Source: an uncultured Bacteroidia bacterium (GTDB taxonomy: Bacteria > Bacteroidota > Bacteroidia > NS11-12g > UBA9320). From it: DNA of 64,000 bases. Of this stretch, positions 26,114 through 36,166 are shown piece after piece (within the stretch, counting starts at the first letter, position 1; each line of letters starts with the position of its first letter). The notes beneath the pieces are model-generated. The model ran no database searches and was not told where the DNA came from. It saw only the letters and a program-made list of their open reading frames with translations. The stretch is from NCBI GenBank assembly GCA_963924815.1, contig CAWURO010000007.1, positions 3,120 to 67,119 of the forward strand, in the 5' to 3' direction. A program made the translations under genes and the position numbers.

Positions 26114-27673
26114 ATGCATGTAGAGCATATACATAGACGCGAAACATTTTTTCATAACGACTTTTTAGAAGCCTACTATTTTTCCGATCGATTAAATCAC
26201 CTCAGGACATACACTCCTTCTATTTCAGAAGTTAAACAAGCTATTCAAGCTAAATCCAATTTTAGCTATGCAAGAAGAAAAATACTGGTAACAGACTTAT
26301 GCAGTCAATATCAGAATGCTAGAATAGATCTTCCTGAAAATTCATTGGTACTTCAAAACATTAAGTCACTTGAATTAGAGAATACATTTACCATTACGAC
26401 GGGGCAACAAATTCATGTTGGTTTAGGCCCAATGTATGTATTATATAAGATAATGGATGTTTTGGCTATTGCCTCTGAATGCCAGAAAATGTATCCAACG
26501 TACAATTTTATTCCCGTTTTTTGGATGGCAACTGAAGATCATGATCTTCAAGAGATCCAGTCCGTAAATATCTATAATCAATCATTTACTTGGGATACAA
26601 CGCAAACTGGCGCCGTTGGACGAATGAAGACTGCCGGTATTTCGGAACTTTTTGATGAGTTGAAAGCCAAAATGAACTTATCGGAAGCGCAACTTAGGTT
26701 TATTGAATCGTCCCAATCGGCTTATAGCCAAAGCGTCAATCTTTCATCCGCTTTTAGAACCTTGTTACATGCTTACTTCTCAGATAACGGCTTGGTAATA
26801 ATAGACGCTGATAGTGAAAACCTTAAAAAAGAGTTTATACCTGTACTTAAAGACGAATTGAGAGGCCTTAATTACGAATCCTTGCTAAATTCTGCCCAGG
26901 CATTAGAAAAGGAAGGATTTCAAAGGCATCTCGTTATCAGAGAGTGCAACCTGTTTAAGCTTAGCCAGGATAAAAGAGAAAAACATCAAGTGATGAACGA
27001 TGAAGATGATATTCTTCACCAATACGTAATAGAAAATGCGATTAATCTAAGTCCTAATGCCGCTCTAAGACCATTGTATCAAGAGTGGATTTTACCAAAT
27101 ATAGTCTATGTAGGTGGATCAAGTGAAGTTAATTATTGGACCCAACTTAAGGGATTATTTGATAATTATGATATGCCTGTTCCTGTTCTGCATTTAAGAA
27201 CATCCAACATTATTATCTCTGAGCACGTGCTTCACGAAAATGGGGATATAGACGCTAGGGATTTCTTTCAAAGTGATCAAGCGTTCATATCTGTCGTAAA
27301 TGAGGAGCAGAATAAGCTATTTCAAACGATAAGAGAGAACTTTGACGACTTAAAAAACCGCTTATATACTCATCAGAATTTGATTGAAAAAAATGCAAAA
27401 GGGTTTAATCTAGATGCTAAAGTTTCCAAAATGATTGAAAAATTAGATGAAATGAATGAGCTAACCGAGAAGCAATTAGTGAGTCAAAGTCTAATGAATC
27501 CTATATTGAACAAATTATTAAAAACGAAGAAAAAGTATTTTAATTCAGCAGAAGTTCAAGAGCGCACAGAGGATGTAATTACCTATGTACATATATTCGA
27601 AAATAATATCCCACAACTTAAGCCACACTTCGGCTTAACTAAGTTTCAAGAAATCGGAATAATCAAAACGTAA
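26114..27673 (+). CDS. bshC: Bacillithiol biosynthesis cysteine-adding enzyme BshC
   Basis: 519 aa. TGQQIHVGLGPMYVLYKI and FWMATEDHDLQEI match the BshC (YllA) signatures TGQQ..GP.Y..YK and FW.A.EDHD. Confidence 0.85.
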   Translation: MHVEHIHRRETFFHNDFLEAYYFSDRLNHLRTYTPSISEVKQAIQAKSNFSYARRKILVTDLCSQYQNARIDLPENSLVLQNIKSLELENTFTITTGQQIHVGLGPMYVLYKIMDVLAIASECQKMYPTYNFIPVFWMATEDHDLQEIQSVNIYNQSFTWDTTQTGAVGRMKTAGISELFDELKAKMNLSEAQLRFIESSQSAYSQSVNLSSAFRTLLHAYFSDNGLVIIDADSENLKKEFIPVLKDELRGLNYESLLNSAQALEKEGFQRHLVIRECNLFKLSQDKREKHQVMNDEDDILHQYVIENAINLSPNAALRPLYQEWILPNIVYVGGSSEVNYWTQLKGLFDNYDMPVPVLHLRTSNIIISEHVLHENGDIDARDFFQSDQAFISVVNEEQNKLFQTIRENFDDLKNRLYTHQNLIEKNAKGFNLDAKVSKMIEKLDEMNELTEKQLVSQSLMNPILNKLLKTKKKYFNSAEVQERTEDVITYVHIFENNIPQLKPHFGLTKFQEIGIIKT

Positions 27674-27709
27674 AGGCTTAAAAAATCTTGTAATATTTAA
27701 ATTTTAATT

Positions 27710-27717
27710 TATTTTTG
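27710..27717 (+). promoter_or_regulatory. -7 box TATTTTTG upstream of the OmpA-family gene
   Basis: TATTTTTGCAAAA lies 45 nt before the ATG at 27763. Confidence 0.4.
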
Positions 27718-27762
27718 CAAAATATTTAAATCATTAATAAGTTGCTTAAAAGAATACTCACC

Positions 27763-29112
27763 ATGAAACATTTTAAACAGGTCATAGTCATAATTGCACT
27801 ATTTAGTTTCACTACATCTGTAGCTCAAACTAACTATTTTACAAAATTTTCAGAAGCGAATAGATGGTCTGCTGGTATTCAGTTGAGCCCTAATTACCTC
27901 TTCAACGATGCGGAGGACGGGAAAGTGGGATTTGGAGCAGGTGCTCATGCTAAATACTCTTTTGGACAATCTTTTGGTTTAAATTTAAGTGCGGATCTAG
28001 GTACTCTGAAAGGTGCAAAAAATTCTTCATCCTATGCATATACCAACAAGTACAAGCAAGTTGATATTACCGGGGTATACACCATTGGCAATATATCTTT
28101 TATTAGACCATTAAGAGATGTTCAGATGTACACATTTTTTGGATTGGGTTTGATGTTTACAGATGTGAATGGTTCATTTGGGGACAAAGGAATGGATTTA
28201 GCTGGCACAAAAACGAAATACAAAGGCAATGATGCTGCAGTGCCTTTCGGATTTGGGTTCAAGAAAAATTTAAATGATAAGTTCGATTTAGGAATTGAAT
28301 ACAAAAACAATTTTGTGCGATCAGACATGGTAGACGGTATGGATATAGCACATTTTGCTAATCGATATGCAAATGATCAATATCACTCATTAAACTTCAA
28401 GGCTTCAATAAAATTTGGTGACAAGGCGCAAACTGCTCACATGGATTGGTTAAATCCACTTGAAACAATTTACGAAGATATTGACTCATTATATAGTGTT
28501 ACAGCAAGACTTCAAGGCGATTCAGATAAAGATGGTGTAGCGGATATATTTGACCAAGAGGCTGATACCGATTGTGATAAAGTATATGGTAATGGTAAAG
28601 CTATAGATTCTGATGGTGATGGTATAAATGATTGTAAAGACCTAGAACAATTTTCGACATCTAAGGAAGTAGATGAGAATGGTGTTGCTATAGATTCTGA
28701 CGGCGATGGTGTTCCAGATAGTCTAGATGAAGAGCCTAATTCTCCAGCAGGTGAAATTGTAAATGCTAGAGGTGTTGCTGCCAAAAATGGAGCTTGTTGT
28801 GATTGCGATAATGTGATTCTTCCTTCAGTAATATTTGAAAATGGTAGTGCACGTATATCTCCATCTTCATACGGTATTCTTTATTCAATAGCTGAAAAAA
28901 TGAAATCATGCCCTGGACTTGCATTGAATGCAACCGGTTATACTACCAGTAAAGCAGGTGAGCAAATCGCTAATAAAAGATCGACTGCAATTGTTGATTA
29001 TCTAGAAGCTAACTATGGTATCGAAAGAGGTAGAATCAATACGATCTATTCTACAAGTAAAGGTGTAGAATATAGCAGTAGACGAATTGATCTTGGACAG
29101 GTAGAGAACTAA
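27763..29112 (+). CDS. OmpA-family outer membrane protein with thrombospondin type-3 Ca-binding repeats
   Basis: A signal peptide and an N-terminal beta-barrel region are followed by DxDxDGxxD repeats (DSDKDGVAD, DSDGDGINDCKD, DSDGDGVPD) and a C-terminal OmpA-like domain. I prefer the ATG at 27763. Confidence 0.88.
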   Translation: MKHFKQVIVIIALFSFTTSVAQTNYFTKFSEANRWSAGIQLSPNYLFNDAEDGKVGFGAGAHAKYSFGQSFGLNLSADLGTLKGAKNSSSYAYTNKYKQVDITGVYTIGNISFIRPLRDVQMYTFFGLGLMFTDVNGSFGDKGMDLAGTKTKYKGNDAAVPFGFGFKKNLNDKFDLGIEYKNNFVRSDMVDGMDIAHFANRYANDQYHSLNFKASIKFGDKAQTAHMDWLNPLETIYEDIDSLYSVTARLQGDSDKDGVADIFDQEADTDCDKVYGNGKAIDSDGDGINDCKDLEQFSTSKEVDENGVAIDSDGDGVPDSLDEEPNSPAGEIVNARGVAAKNGACCDCDNVILPSVIFENGSARISPSSYGILYSIAEKMKSCPGLALNATGYTTSKAGEQIANKRSTAIVDYLEANYGIERGRINTIYSTSKGVEYSSRRIDLGQVEN

Positions 29113-29140
29113 TCCAAATCTAAAAAAAATAATAAATACG

Positions 29141-29177
29141 AATGGGCTTCAATGAAAATTGAAGCCCATTTTATTTT
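29141..29177 (+). terminator. Rho-independent terminator after the OmpA-family gene
   Basis: AATGGGCTTCAA-tgaaaa-TTGAAGCCCATT followed by TTATTTT. Confidence 0.8.
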
Positions 29178-29194
29178 GTATAATTGCAGTTATA

Positions 29195-29767
29195 ATGAAA
29201 AAGTTAATTACGTTAATAGTACTTGTTTTCCTTGTCATAAGCGTAAAAGCTCAAAATAAAAATGAAGTTGCATTGTTGATTTCACCGCTTAAGTTTGAGA
29301 ATGCGAACAGTTATCAAGCTATGTACCGACATAGTTTAAGAAATGAAACATGGTCTTTACGAGGAGGCGCTAGGGTACTAGTTAACACAGATAAAGAGAT
29401 TAGGTCTGATACGTTGTCGACTCGTTCAGGTACGGTACAGTATGACCTGTCTGTGGGCATTCAGTACAAGTTACCAATCTCAAATCTGGAAAAGATATAT
29501 CTGTATGGCGCGAGTGATGTGTATTTTAACTCAGAATTTAATCAAAAAGCATATGAAACGTACTATGGGTACTATTGGTCCTTTGGAGTAAAACCAATCT
29601 TTGGTTTAAGCTATGAGCCATTTGAAAATATTAGATTATCACTAGAATCTCGAGGGGATTTCAATATCAATCTACAGGATTATAGTGCGCCAGGAGAGAA
29701 TAAGGATCAACGATTCAATTTTAACCCGGCAAAGCAATTAGCTCTGGGTTTCGGCTACTTGTTTTAG
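29195..29767 (+). CDS. Hypothetical outer-membrane beta-barrel-like protein
   Basis: It has a signal peptide MKKLITLIVLVFLVISVKAQ, an alternating beta-strand pattern, and a C-terminal aromatic GFGYLF. The track start at 29159 lies inside the upstream terminator hairpin. Confidence 0.6.
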   Translation: MKKLITLIVLVFLVISVKAQNKNEVALLISPLKFENANSYQAMYRHSLRNETWSLRGGARVLVNTDKEIRSDTLSTRSGTVQYDLSVGIQYKLPISNLEKIYLYGASDVYFNSEFNQKAYETYYGYYWSFGVKPIFGLSYEPFENIRLSLESRGDFNINLQDYSAPGENKDQRFNFNPAKQLALGFGYLF

Positions 29768-30513
29768 AAGCTATTTGTTAGAGCAATAAAGCTATCTGCA
29801 TCAAGTGATGCCCCACCTATTAGGCCCCCATCTATGTCTGAGCAGGCAAATAGTTCATTTGCATTAGACGGTTTTACACTACCTCCGTACACTATAGAAA
29901 TAGAGTTAGCTGTAATTTCCCCATATTGTTGAGCAACCGTATTTCGGATGAATGCGTGCATTTCTTGAGCTTGATCAGGCGAAGCTGTTTCTCCCGTTCC
30001 AATAGCCCAAACAGGTTCGTAGGCAATGATACAGTTTAGTAGTTCTATCTCGTTGAGTTGAAATAGCCCTTGTTCTATTTGTAGTCGAATAGTTTCAAAA
30101 TGTTCACCCTCTTGCCGTTGAGCAAGTGTTTCTCCACAGCAATAAATTGGTTTTAGGCCATGTTTTAAAACATTATTTACTTTGAAAGAAATAGCTAAAC
30201 TATCTTCTTGAAAATATTCTCTTCGTTCGCTGTGGCCTAAAATGATGTATTCCACGCCAACGTTTTTAAGCATTTTAACAGACACTTCACCCGTAAAAGC
30301 TCCTTCGTCCTGCTGATGGCAGTTTTGTGCAGCAAGAGCTATGTTCGTATGACTTAGCATCGTCTTAAAGGTGCTGAGATGCGTAAAGGGCGGTGCTATG
30401 ATGGATGTTACATTGGTGTTTATATTTTTATCAAGTATATTGATAAGCAATTCTTTCCCCTCATTCAGGTCCAGATTCATCTTCCAGTTCCCTGCTACTA
30501 TTTTTTCTCTCAT
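29764..30513 (-). CDS. tpiA: Triosephosphate isomerase
   Basis: 249 aa with AGNWKMN, GHSERR and AYEPVWAIGTG motifs. Confidence 0.95.
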   Translation of the reverse strand: MREKIVAGNWKMNLDLNEGKELLINILDKNINTNVTSIIAPPFTHLSTFKTMLSHTNIALAAQNCHQQDEGAFTGEVSVKMLKNVGVEYIILGHSERREYFQEDSLAISFKVNNVLKHGLKPIYCCGETLAQRQEGEHFETIRLQIEQGLFQLNEIELLNCIIAYEPVWAIGTGETASPDQAQEMHAFIRNTVAQQYGEITANSISIVYGGSVKPSNANELFACSDIDGGLIGGASLDADSFIALTNSF

Positions 30514-31712
30514 TTATTTATTGATTTTGATTCCCAAAAGCGTTGTTTAGCGGAATCTTTAAATATACTTACTAAAATGTCTCGTTCTACTTGATTTAAA
30601 TCTAAACCACGACGTTGCAAAACAATACTGGCCGTTTCAAATGCTTTGGGCACCTCGTATGTAGCAAAGCCAGTTGCTCCGCCCCAGGTGAATGATGGAA
30701 TGTAGTTCCTAGGAAATCCTGCTCCAAAAATATTAGCAGAAACACCAACTACCGTTCCCGTATTGAACATCGTATTTATACCGCATTTGCTATGGTCGCC
30801 CATTATAAGACCACAAAACTGCAAACCTGTATTTATAAATCTGTTTTTGGTATAGTTCCACAGTTTTACTTGTGCATAGTTATTTTTAAGATTAGAACTA
30901 TTGGTGTCAGCACCTAGATTACACCATTCGCCTATCACCGAATTACCCAAAAATCCATCATGACCTTTATTGCTAAAGCCATAGAAAACAGTATTGCTTA
31001 CTTCACCTCCAACTTTACTATGCGGCCCTACGGTAGTGTCACCATATATTTTAGCCCCCATTTTAATTGTGGAATGTTCGCACAATGCAAATGGTCCGCG
31101 TATCAGACTACCTTCCATAATTTCACTGTTAGCAGCGATGTAAATAGGTCCGTGAGTAGAATTCAGAACGCTTGCCTCAATGAGAGCTCCTTCTTCCACA
31201 AATATGTCATCACCTATTAGAGTATTTGACTCAGAAATAGGTTGAGAAATTCTACCAGAGGTTAATGCCTGATAGTCTGCTTTTATCTCTTGACCATTTT
31301 TTATAAAAATGTCATACGTATAATTTATTAAATCGCTTTGAAAATCTATTCTCTTAACGCCTTTAGCAACTTCTTCCAAAAAATCAAACCTTGAAAGATG
31401 CTTTGATCCTCGATAAGCGATAAGTGTTTCCCCGTCAAAAATAGCTTCATCTGAGATTAAATTGTTTAGGATGTCAAGTAACTCGTCGTTTGGTAAACAT
31501 CTTCCATTTAGATATAAATTATCAGAACTAAAGGTAGCGCCGTATTTAATACTTAAATAGTCTTGAGTTAAAAAGGAAAAATCTCCGGCTAAGTGATGTT
31601 TCCATTTTTCTGTAATGGTAAGAATGCCTACGCGCAACTCGGCACATGGCCTAGTGTAGCACAGAGGGAGTAGATCACTTCTACTATTATCGTCAAAGAG
31701 TATTATATTCAT
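30510..31712 (-). CDS. GlmU-family / putative sugar nucleotidyltransferase with a left-handed beta-helix domain
   Basis: 400 aa. The N-terminal nucleotidyltransferase-like domain is degenerate, and the C-terminal half has hexapeptide repeats. A 4-nt overlap links it to tpiA. Confidence 0.65.
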   Translation of the reverse strand: MNIILFDDNSRSDLLPLCYTRPCAELRVGILTITEKWKHHLAGDFSFLTQDYLSIKYGATFSSDNLYLNGRCLPNDELLDILNNLISDEAIFDGETLIAYRGSKHLSRFDFLEEVAKGVKRIDFQSDLINYTYDIFIKNGQEIKADYQALTSGRISQPISESNTLIGDDIFVEEGALIEASVLNSTHGPIYIAANSEIMEGSLIRGPFALCEHSTIKMGAKIYGDTTVGPHSKVGGEVSNTVFYGFSNKGHDGFLGNSVIGEWCNLGADTNSSNLKNNYAQVKLWNYTKNRFINTGLQFCGLIMGDHSKCGINTMFNTGTVVGVSANIFGAGFPRNYIPSFTWGGATGFATYEVPKAFETASIVLQRRGLDLNQVERDILVSIFKDSAKQRFWESKSINK

Positions 31713-31744
31713 AAAAAAAGGCTCTCCAAATATAGAGAGCCTTT
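31713..31744 (-). terminator. Rho-independent terminator after rpmE
   Basis: The reverse strand reads AAAGGCTCTC-tatatttg-GAGAGCCTTT followed by TTTTTT. Confidence 0.8.
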
Positions 31745-31765
31745 AGTATAATTTTTAGATTTTGG

Positions 31766-32017
31766 TTAATTCTTTTTAGCGTAACGCTTATTGAATTTAT
31801 CGATTCTACCTGCGGTGTCCACAAAGTTCACTTTACCAGTGTAAAATGGATGTGACGAACTAGAAATCTCTAGTTTGTATATTGGATACTCGTTTCCGTC
31901 TTCGTATGTTACGGTTTCTTTGGTCTCTACACAAGATTTAGTTAAAAACTGCTCCCCGTTAGACATGTCTTTAAAAACTACTAAACGGTAGCTACTTGGA
32001 TGTATTTCGCTCTTCAT
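31766..32017 (-). CDS. rpmE: 50S ribosomal protein L31, type B (no Zn-binding CxxC)
   Basis: 83 aa reading [17 protein letters not shown]...[10 protein letters not shown]...RIDKFNKRY. It lacks the CxxC pair of type A. Confidence 0.9.
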   Translation of the reverse strand: MKSEIHPSSYRLVVFKDMSNGEQFLTKSCVETKETVTYEDGNEYPIYKLEISSSSHPFYTGKVNFVDTAGRIDKFNKRYAKKN

Positions 32018-32083
32018 GATATTAAATTCTCTTTTTTTACTTCCTTTTGTGGTGAATCTATTTAATTAAAAATGAGATTCTAC

Positions 32084-32104
32084 TTTTAAAGGACTGCAAA
32101 TTTA
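32084..32104 (-). promoter_or_regulatory. rpmE promoter: TAAATTTG plus CAGTCCTTTAAAA
   Basis: The reverse strand reads TAAATTTGCAGTCCTTTAAAA, which is related to the rpsF and rpmB motif. The leader is about 80 nt. Confidence 0.45.
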
Positions 32105-32126
32105 ATATAATTTGCATTCTATCAAA

Positions 32127-33962
32127 ATGCATTTAGGTATAAAAAATATAATTAAAATCTGCGCATTCATTCCCTTGTTGCTTTCCCCTTTTTGGATAGT
32201 AAGACTGTTGTTGCTGCTGTCTATCAAAGAGTTAACGATTGACAACCCTGTTAACTATCTGTTTTATGCCATGAGGTTTGACCTTAAAGCAATGGTTATT
32301 TGGTATGCCCCACTATTTATTATATTAGGTGCGGGCCTATTTGCTAAGCATAAATGGTGGGAAAATGTATCGCGGTTTGTCTTTTTACTGTTGTATTTGG
32401 GTGCTCTGGTTTTTGGGCTTATTTCTGTTTTCTATTATCCGATTAGCAAATCAATAGCCGGAGTAGAAATTTTTCAAATGATACAAGGTCAGAGTTATAT
32501 TATAATTTTTGGGTATATGGCTGAATACTGGTGGAGTATACTTTTGGTATTGGTTATATTGTATGGTGCCCGGTTGTTAGACGAGCGACTCAAGATAGAA
32601 CTAAATACTATGTCTGCCGTAGTTTTTTGTTTTATATCATTGGTCCTTTTGGGACTCATTGCTAGAGGCAGTTTTAAATTAAAGCCTTTGAATCTTCTAG
32701 ATGCTTATTCTGCATTGGAGTCACAAGAAGCAGTATCTGCGGTTACACCTATATATGTACTTATTGAATCTGTAGGTAAATCAGAAATCCAATACACGGC
32801 CTATATTTCTGATTCAGCACTGCAGGTAGAATTAGCTAAAGATGTTTTGGTTTATAGTAATTTAGACTATCAGAAGCCCAACATATGTATTATTTTACTG
32901 GAAAGTTTTGGTAAAGAGTATACCTCGTTGAATGACGCAAATAGGCCAAGTTACACGCCTTTCTTAGATAGTATGATGTCTGTTAGCCTGAATTTTACCA
33001 ATGCTTATGCAAATGGACTTAGATCTATGGATGCAGTAGCATCCATCTATACAGGCGTTCCTTGTTTAATGAAACAGGCATTTATAGGTTCGTTGTATAC
33101 GCAAAGCAAGATAGAATCCATACCCGAAGCTCTGTCAAAAGAAGGGTATTTCTGTTCCTTTTATCACGCGGCGGATGAGTTATCTATGGGTTTTAAACCG
33201 TTTCTAATGGCCAATGGATTAAAGCAGTATGTGGCAAAACAACAATATCCAAATGAAGATGATTTTGATGGGAAGTGGGGTATTTTTGACGAGCCATTCT
33301 TGCAGTTTTTTAAGAATAAACTTTCTACTCAAAAGCAACCTTGGTGTTCAGGAATTTTTACCATAAGTAGTCATCATCCTTATACGGTTCCAGCTCAGCA
33401 TCAAGATTTACCTAAAGGAACTGCCGAAATTCATCAGGCTATTGGTTATACAGATAGATCATTACGTGCTTTTTTTGAATCTGCTCGTAAGGAGGAATGG
33501 TTTGCTAATACTATTTTTATAATTACAGCCGACCATACTTCTATTAATGAAACGTATGAGCATCAAGGGTATAGGAGTAAATACGGCGTTCCTTTGTTGA
33601 TTTATTCGGAGCTAATGCCCGCTGGGATAAGCAATGAGGTAAAACAGCACATTGATATTTTCCCTACGGTAAAACAGCTAGCGGGAATATTCAAACAAGT
33701 GGCAATGGGTAGATCTTTGCTAGACACTGCACCACATAGCGCTATTCATTATGATGGAACGGTTTATACGTATACCAATGACAGCTTGTGTTTGCAATGG
33801 GACGGGACATCATTGTATAAATTATTTGCTTATAAAAATGACAAAGTAGACGCTTCTGATTTAGCGCAAACGCATCAAAAAGAGGGGGATTTAATGCTTC
33901 ACGAATTGAAGATAGGTTTGCAAAAATATAACTATCGTCTTTTGAATAACAAATTTAACTAG
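32127..33962 (+). CDS. LTA synthase-family / sulfatase-domain membrane protein (phosphoglycerol or phosphoethanolamine transferase-like)
   Basis: About 5 N-terminal TM helices are followed by an extracellular alkaline-phosphatase-superfamily domain (ILLESFG, ITADHT). I prefer the ATG at 32127, because the track TTG at 32112 lies in a TTTG promoter-like motif. Confidence 0.8.
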   Translation: MHLGIKNIIKICAFIPLLLSPFWIVRLLLLLSIKELTIDNPVNYLFYAMRFDLKAMVIWYAPLFIILGAGLFAKHKWWENVSRFVFLLLYLGALVFGLISVFYYPISKSIAGVEIFQMIQGQSYIIIFGYMAEYWWSILLVLVILYGARLLDERLKIELNTMSAVVFCFISLVLLGLIARGSFKLKPLNLLDAYSALESQEAVSAVTPIYVLIESVGKSEIQYTAYISDSALQVELAKDVLVYSNLDYQKPNICIILLESFGKEYTSLNDANRPSYTPFLDSMMSVSLNFTNAYANGLRSMDAVASIYTGVPCLMKQAFIGSLYTQSKIESIPEALSKEGYFCSFYHAADELSMGFKPFLMANGLKQYVAKQQYPNEDDFDGKWGIFDEPFLQFFKNKLSTQKQPWCSGIFTISSHHPYTVPAQHQDLPKGTAEIHQAIGYTDRSLRAFFESARKEEWFANTIFIITADHTSINETYEHQGYRSKYGVPLLIYSELMPAGISNEVKQHIDIFPTVKQLAGIFKQVAMGRSLLDTAPHSAIHYDGTVYTYTNDSLCLQWDGTSLYKLFAYKNDKVDASDLAQTHQKEGDLMLHELKIGLQKYNYRLLNNKFN

Positions 33963-33970
33963 GGGTAATG

Positions 33971-33978
33971 TACATTTG
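33971..33978 (+). promoter_or_regulatory. -7 box TACATTTG, 5 nt before the hisS ATG
   Basis: The sequence is TACATTTG-cagtg-ATG(33984). Confidence 0.5.
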
Positions 33979-33983
33979 CAGTG

Positions 33984-35357
33984 ATGCAAAAGCCTTCTAA
34001 TGCACCCGGTACAAGAGACTTTGGTCCAGCGGTAATGCGTAAACGAGATTTTATCTTGAATACCATTACAACTATTTATAAAAATTTTGGGTTTGAATCA
34101 TTAGAAACTCCTGCACTTGAGAATCTAGACACTCTAGAAGGGAAGTACGGTGAAGAAGGTTCAAAACTGTTATATAAAATAAGAAGTAACAGTCCTATTT
34201 CTTCGGAAATCAAGGAGGATCAAGCTGTTAAACTTAATGAATTAATGCCCAATAAGTGGATTGCAGGCAGTTCTAAATTAGGATTACGGTACGATCTTAC
34301 TGTTCCGTTTGCTCGTTTTGTGGTGCAACATCGCAACGACCTAACTTTTCCGTTTAGACGATACCAAGTACAAAATGTTTGGAGAGCTGATAGGCCAGCG
34401 AAAGGTAGATTTAGAGAATTTACACAATGCGATGCAGATTGTATTGGGTCTACTTCCTTGTTGCATGAAGCTGATTTGATTCAAATTTACAATGAAGTGT
34501 TTGTTTCACTAGGTTTATCTAATGCCGTTCTTAAAGTAAATCATCGCAAATTTCTGGAAGCTTTTGTTGATGAATTGCAACTCAATTTTCCGGTAGCTAA
34601 ATTTACATCTACGTTAGATAAGCTAGATAAGGTTGGCAAAGAAGGGGTCATGAAAGAATTAATTGGCTATGGTATTGATGAAGAAAAATGTCTTCAACTT
34701 TTTGCCATTATAGGAAATTCTGAACTTACCAAAGCGAATCTTAATCAATATGCGAAGGCCTTCAATCATAATCCGATAGCTCAAAAAGCCATCGACGATT
34801 TAAATGAAATACTTGATTACTTGGAAGATTATAACTTAACCATAAAGGTGGAGCTAGACTTAAGTTTAGCCCGCGGTTTAGATTATTACACCGGATGTAT
34901 TTTTGAAGCACTAATTCCAGATAGTGGCATGGGTAGTGTATCTGGAGGCGGAAGGTACGATGATTTAACAGGAGTTTTTGGGTTAAAGGATGTATCTGGA
35001 GTGGGTATTAGTTTTGGAATTGATAGACTTTACGAAATCATAGAAGCTCAACAGAAATGGCCAGATAATTTACATGTGAATGATAATGTACTTATTTGTC
35101 ATTTTGATAAAGCTACTCAACAGTATGGAGTGAAGTTGGCTTCAAAACTCAGAGCTGAAAACATAAAAACGATCGTTTATCCAGACGATAAGCGTATTAA
35201 TAAGCAATTTGATTTTGCCAATAAAATAGGAGTAAGGTTTGCTATCGTAATTGGCGAGAGTGAAATGAACACGGATAAAGTAACTATTAAAAATTTGCAA
35301 GTAGGAGAACAAGTCACGTTATCATTTGACGATGCCATAAATTATTTAAGAAATTGA
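33984..35357 (+). CDS. hisS: Histidine--tRNA ligase
   Basis: Class II aaRS motifs are present (GTRDF, RYQVQNVWRADRPAKGRFREFTQCD, GGGRYD), followed by a C-terminal anticodon-binding domain. Confidence 0.94.
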   Translation: MQKPSNAPGTRDFGPAVMRKRDFILNTITTIYKNFGFESLETPALENLDTLEGKYGEEGSKLLYKIRSNSPISSEIKEDQAVKLNELMPNKWIAGSSKLGLRYDLTVPFARFVVQHRNDLTFPFRRYQVQNVWRADRPAKGRFREFTQCDADCIGSTSLLHEADLIQIYNEVFVSLGLSNAVLKVNHRKFLEAFVDELQLNFPVAKFTSTLDKLDKVGKEGVMKELIGYGIDEEKCLQLFAIIGNSELTKANLNQYAKAFNHNPIAQKAIDDLNEILDYLEDYNLTIKVELDLSLARGLDYYTGCIFEALIPDSGMGSVSGGGRYDDLTGVFGLKDVSGVGISFGIDRLYEIIEAQQKWPDNLHVNDNVLICHFDKATQQYGVKLASKLRAENIKTIVYPDDKRINKQFDFANKIGVRFAIVIGESEMNTDKVTIKNLQVGEQVTLSFDDAINYLRN

Positions 35358-36073
35358 AACGATTTAATTTTAAAGACCAAATCGTTTTTGAAAACGAAAA
35401 CTATATTGCCATAAATAAGCCAGCGGGTGTTTCGAGTTTGCACGAGAGGCTCGGAATAGCTAATTCGGTTATAGAGCAAGCGAAAAATCACGGTGAGAAT
35501 TTGCAGCTCTGTCATCGTTTGGATAAAGAGACCAGCGGAGTATTATTGCTTTCTAAACATGCCGCGGCTTACAGTCACGCTGCCGTGTCTTTTGAAAAAA
35601 GAAGGGTAACTAAAACCTACCATGCAGTAGCCGATGGCGCACATAAATTTGAGCATTTTGAAGTAAACTTACCTCTCATTACCACTAGAAGTGGCAGAAG
35701 TGCAGTAAGCAAACAAAAAGGTAAACCCAGTACTACTTTTTTTACTACTATACAGAATTTCAAGCATCATTCACTGATAGCTTGCGAGCCCGTAACTGGA
35801 CGTCAGCATCAAATAAGAATTCATCTTGCTTCACAAAATGCGCCCATAAGTGCGGATGAAATTTATGGAGGTAAAATGCCTTTTCTATCCAGATTTAAGA
35901 AAAATTTTACAACGAATAAAACACAGGAAGAGACGCCTATGATAAACAGGTTTGCACTTCATGCCTATTCGTTATCCTTAAATGATATAGACGGAACAGC
36001 ACTTGAAATAGTCGCGGAATACCCCAAAGACTTATCCGTTTTTATAAAGCAACTCAGAAAATTTGATGTCTAG
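35354..36073 (+). CDS. RluA-family pseudouridine synthase
   Basis: 239 aa with the catalytic motif HRLDKETSGVLLL and GRQHQIRIHL. The TTG start overlaps the hisS stop (TTGA). Confidence 0.88.
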   Translation: MKRFNFKDQIVFENENYIAINKPAGVSSLHERLGIANSVIEQAKNHGENLQLCHRLDKETSGVLLLSKHAAAYSHAAVSFEKRRVTKTYHAVADGAHKFEHFEVNLPLITTRSGRSAVSKQKGKPSTTFFTTIQNFKHHSLIACEPVTGRQHQIRIHLASQNAPISADEIYGGKMPFLSRFKKNFTTNKTQEETPMINRFALHAYSLSLNDIDGTALEIVAEYPKDLSVFIKQLRKFDV

Positions 36074-36166
36074 TGCCTACCTTTAGAAACTTGATTAGCA
36101 TCACTTTTAACTATTTCCCCATTTTTGTATCGCCTTAGTTCATTCCATTTCACTACATTTACCACA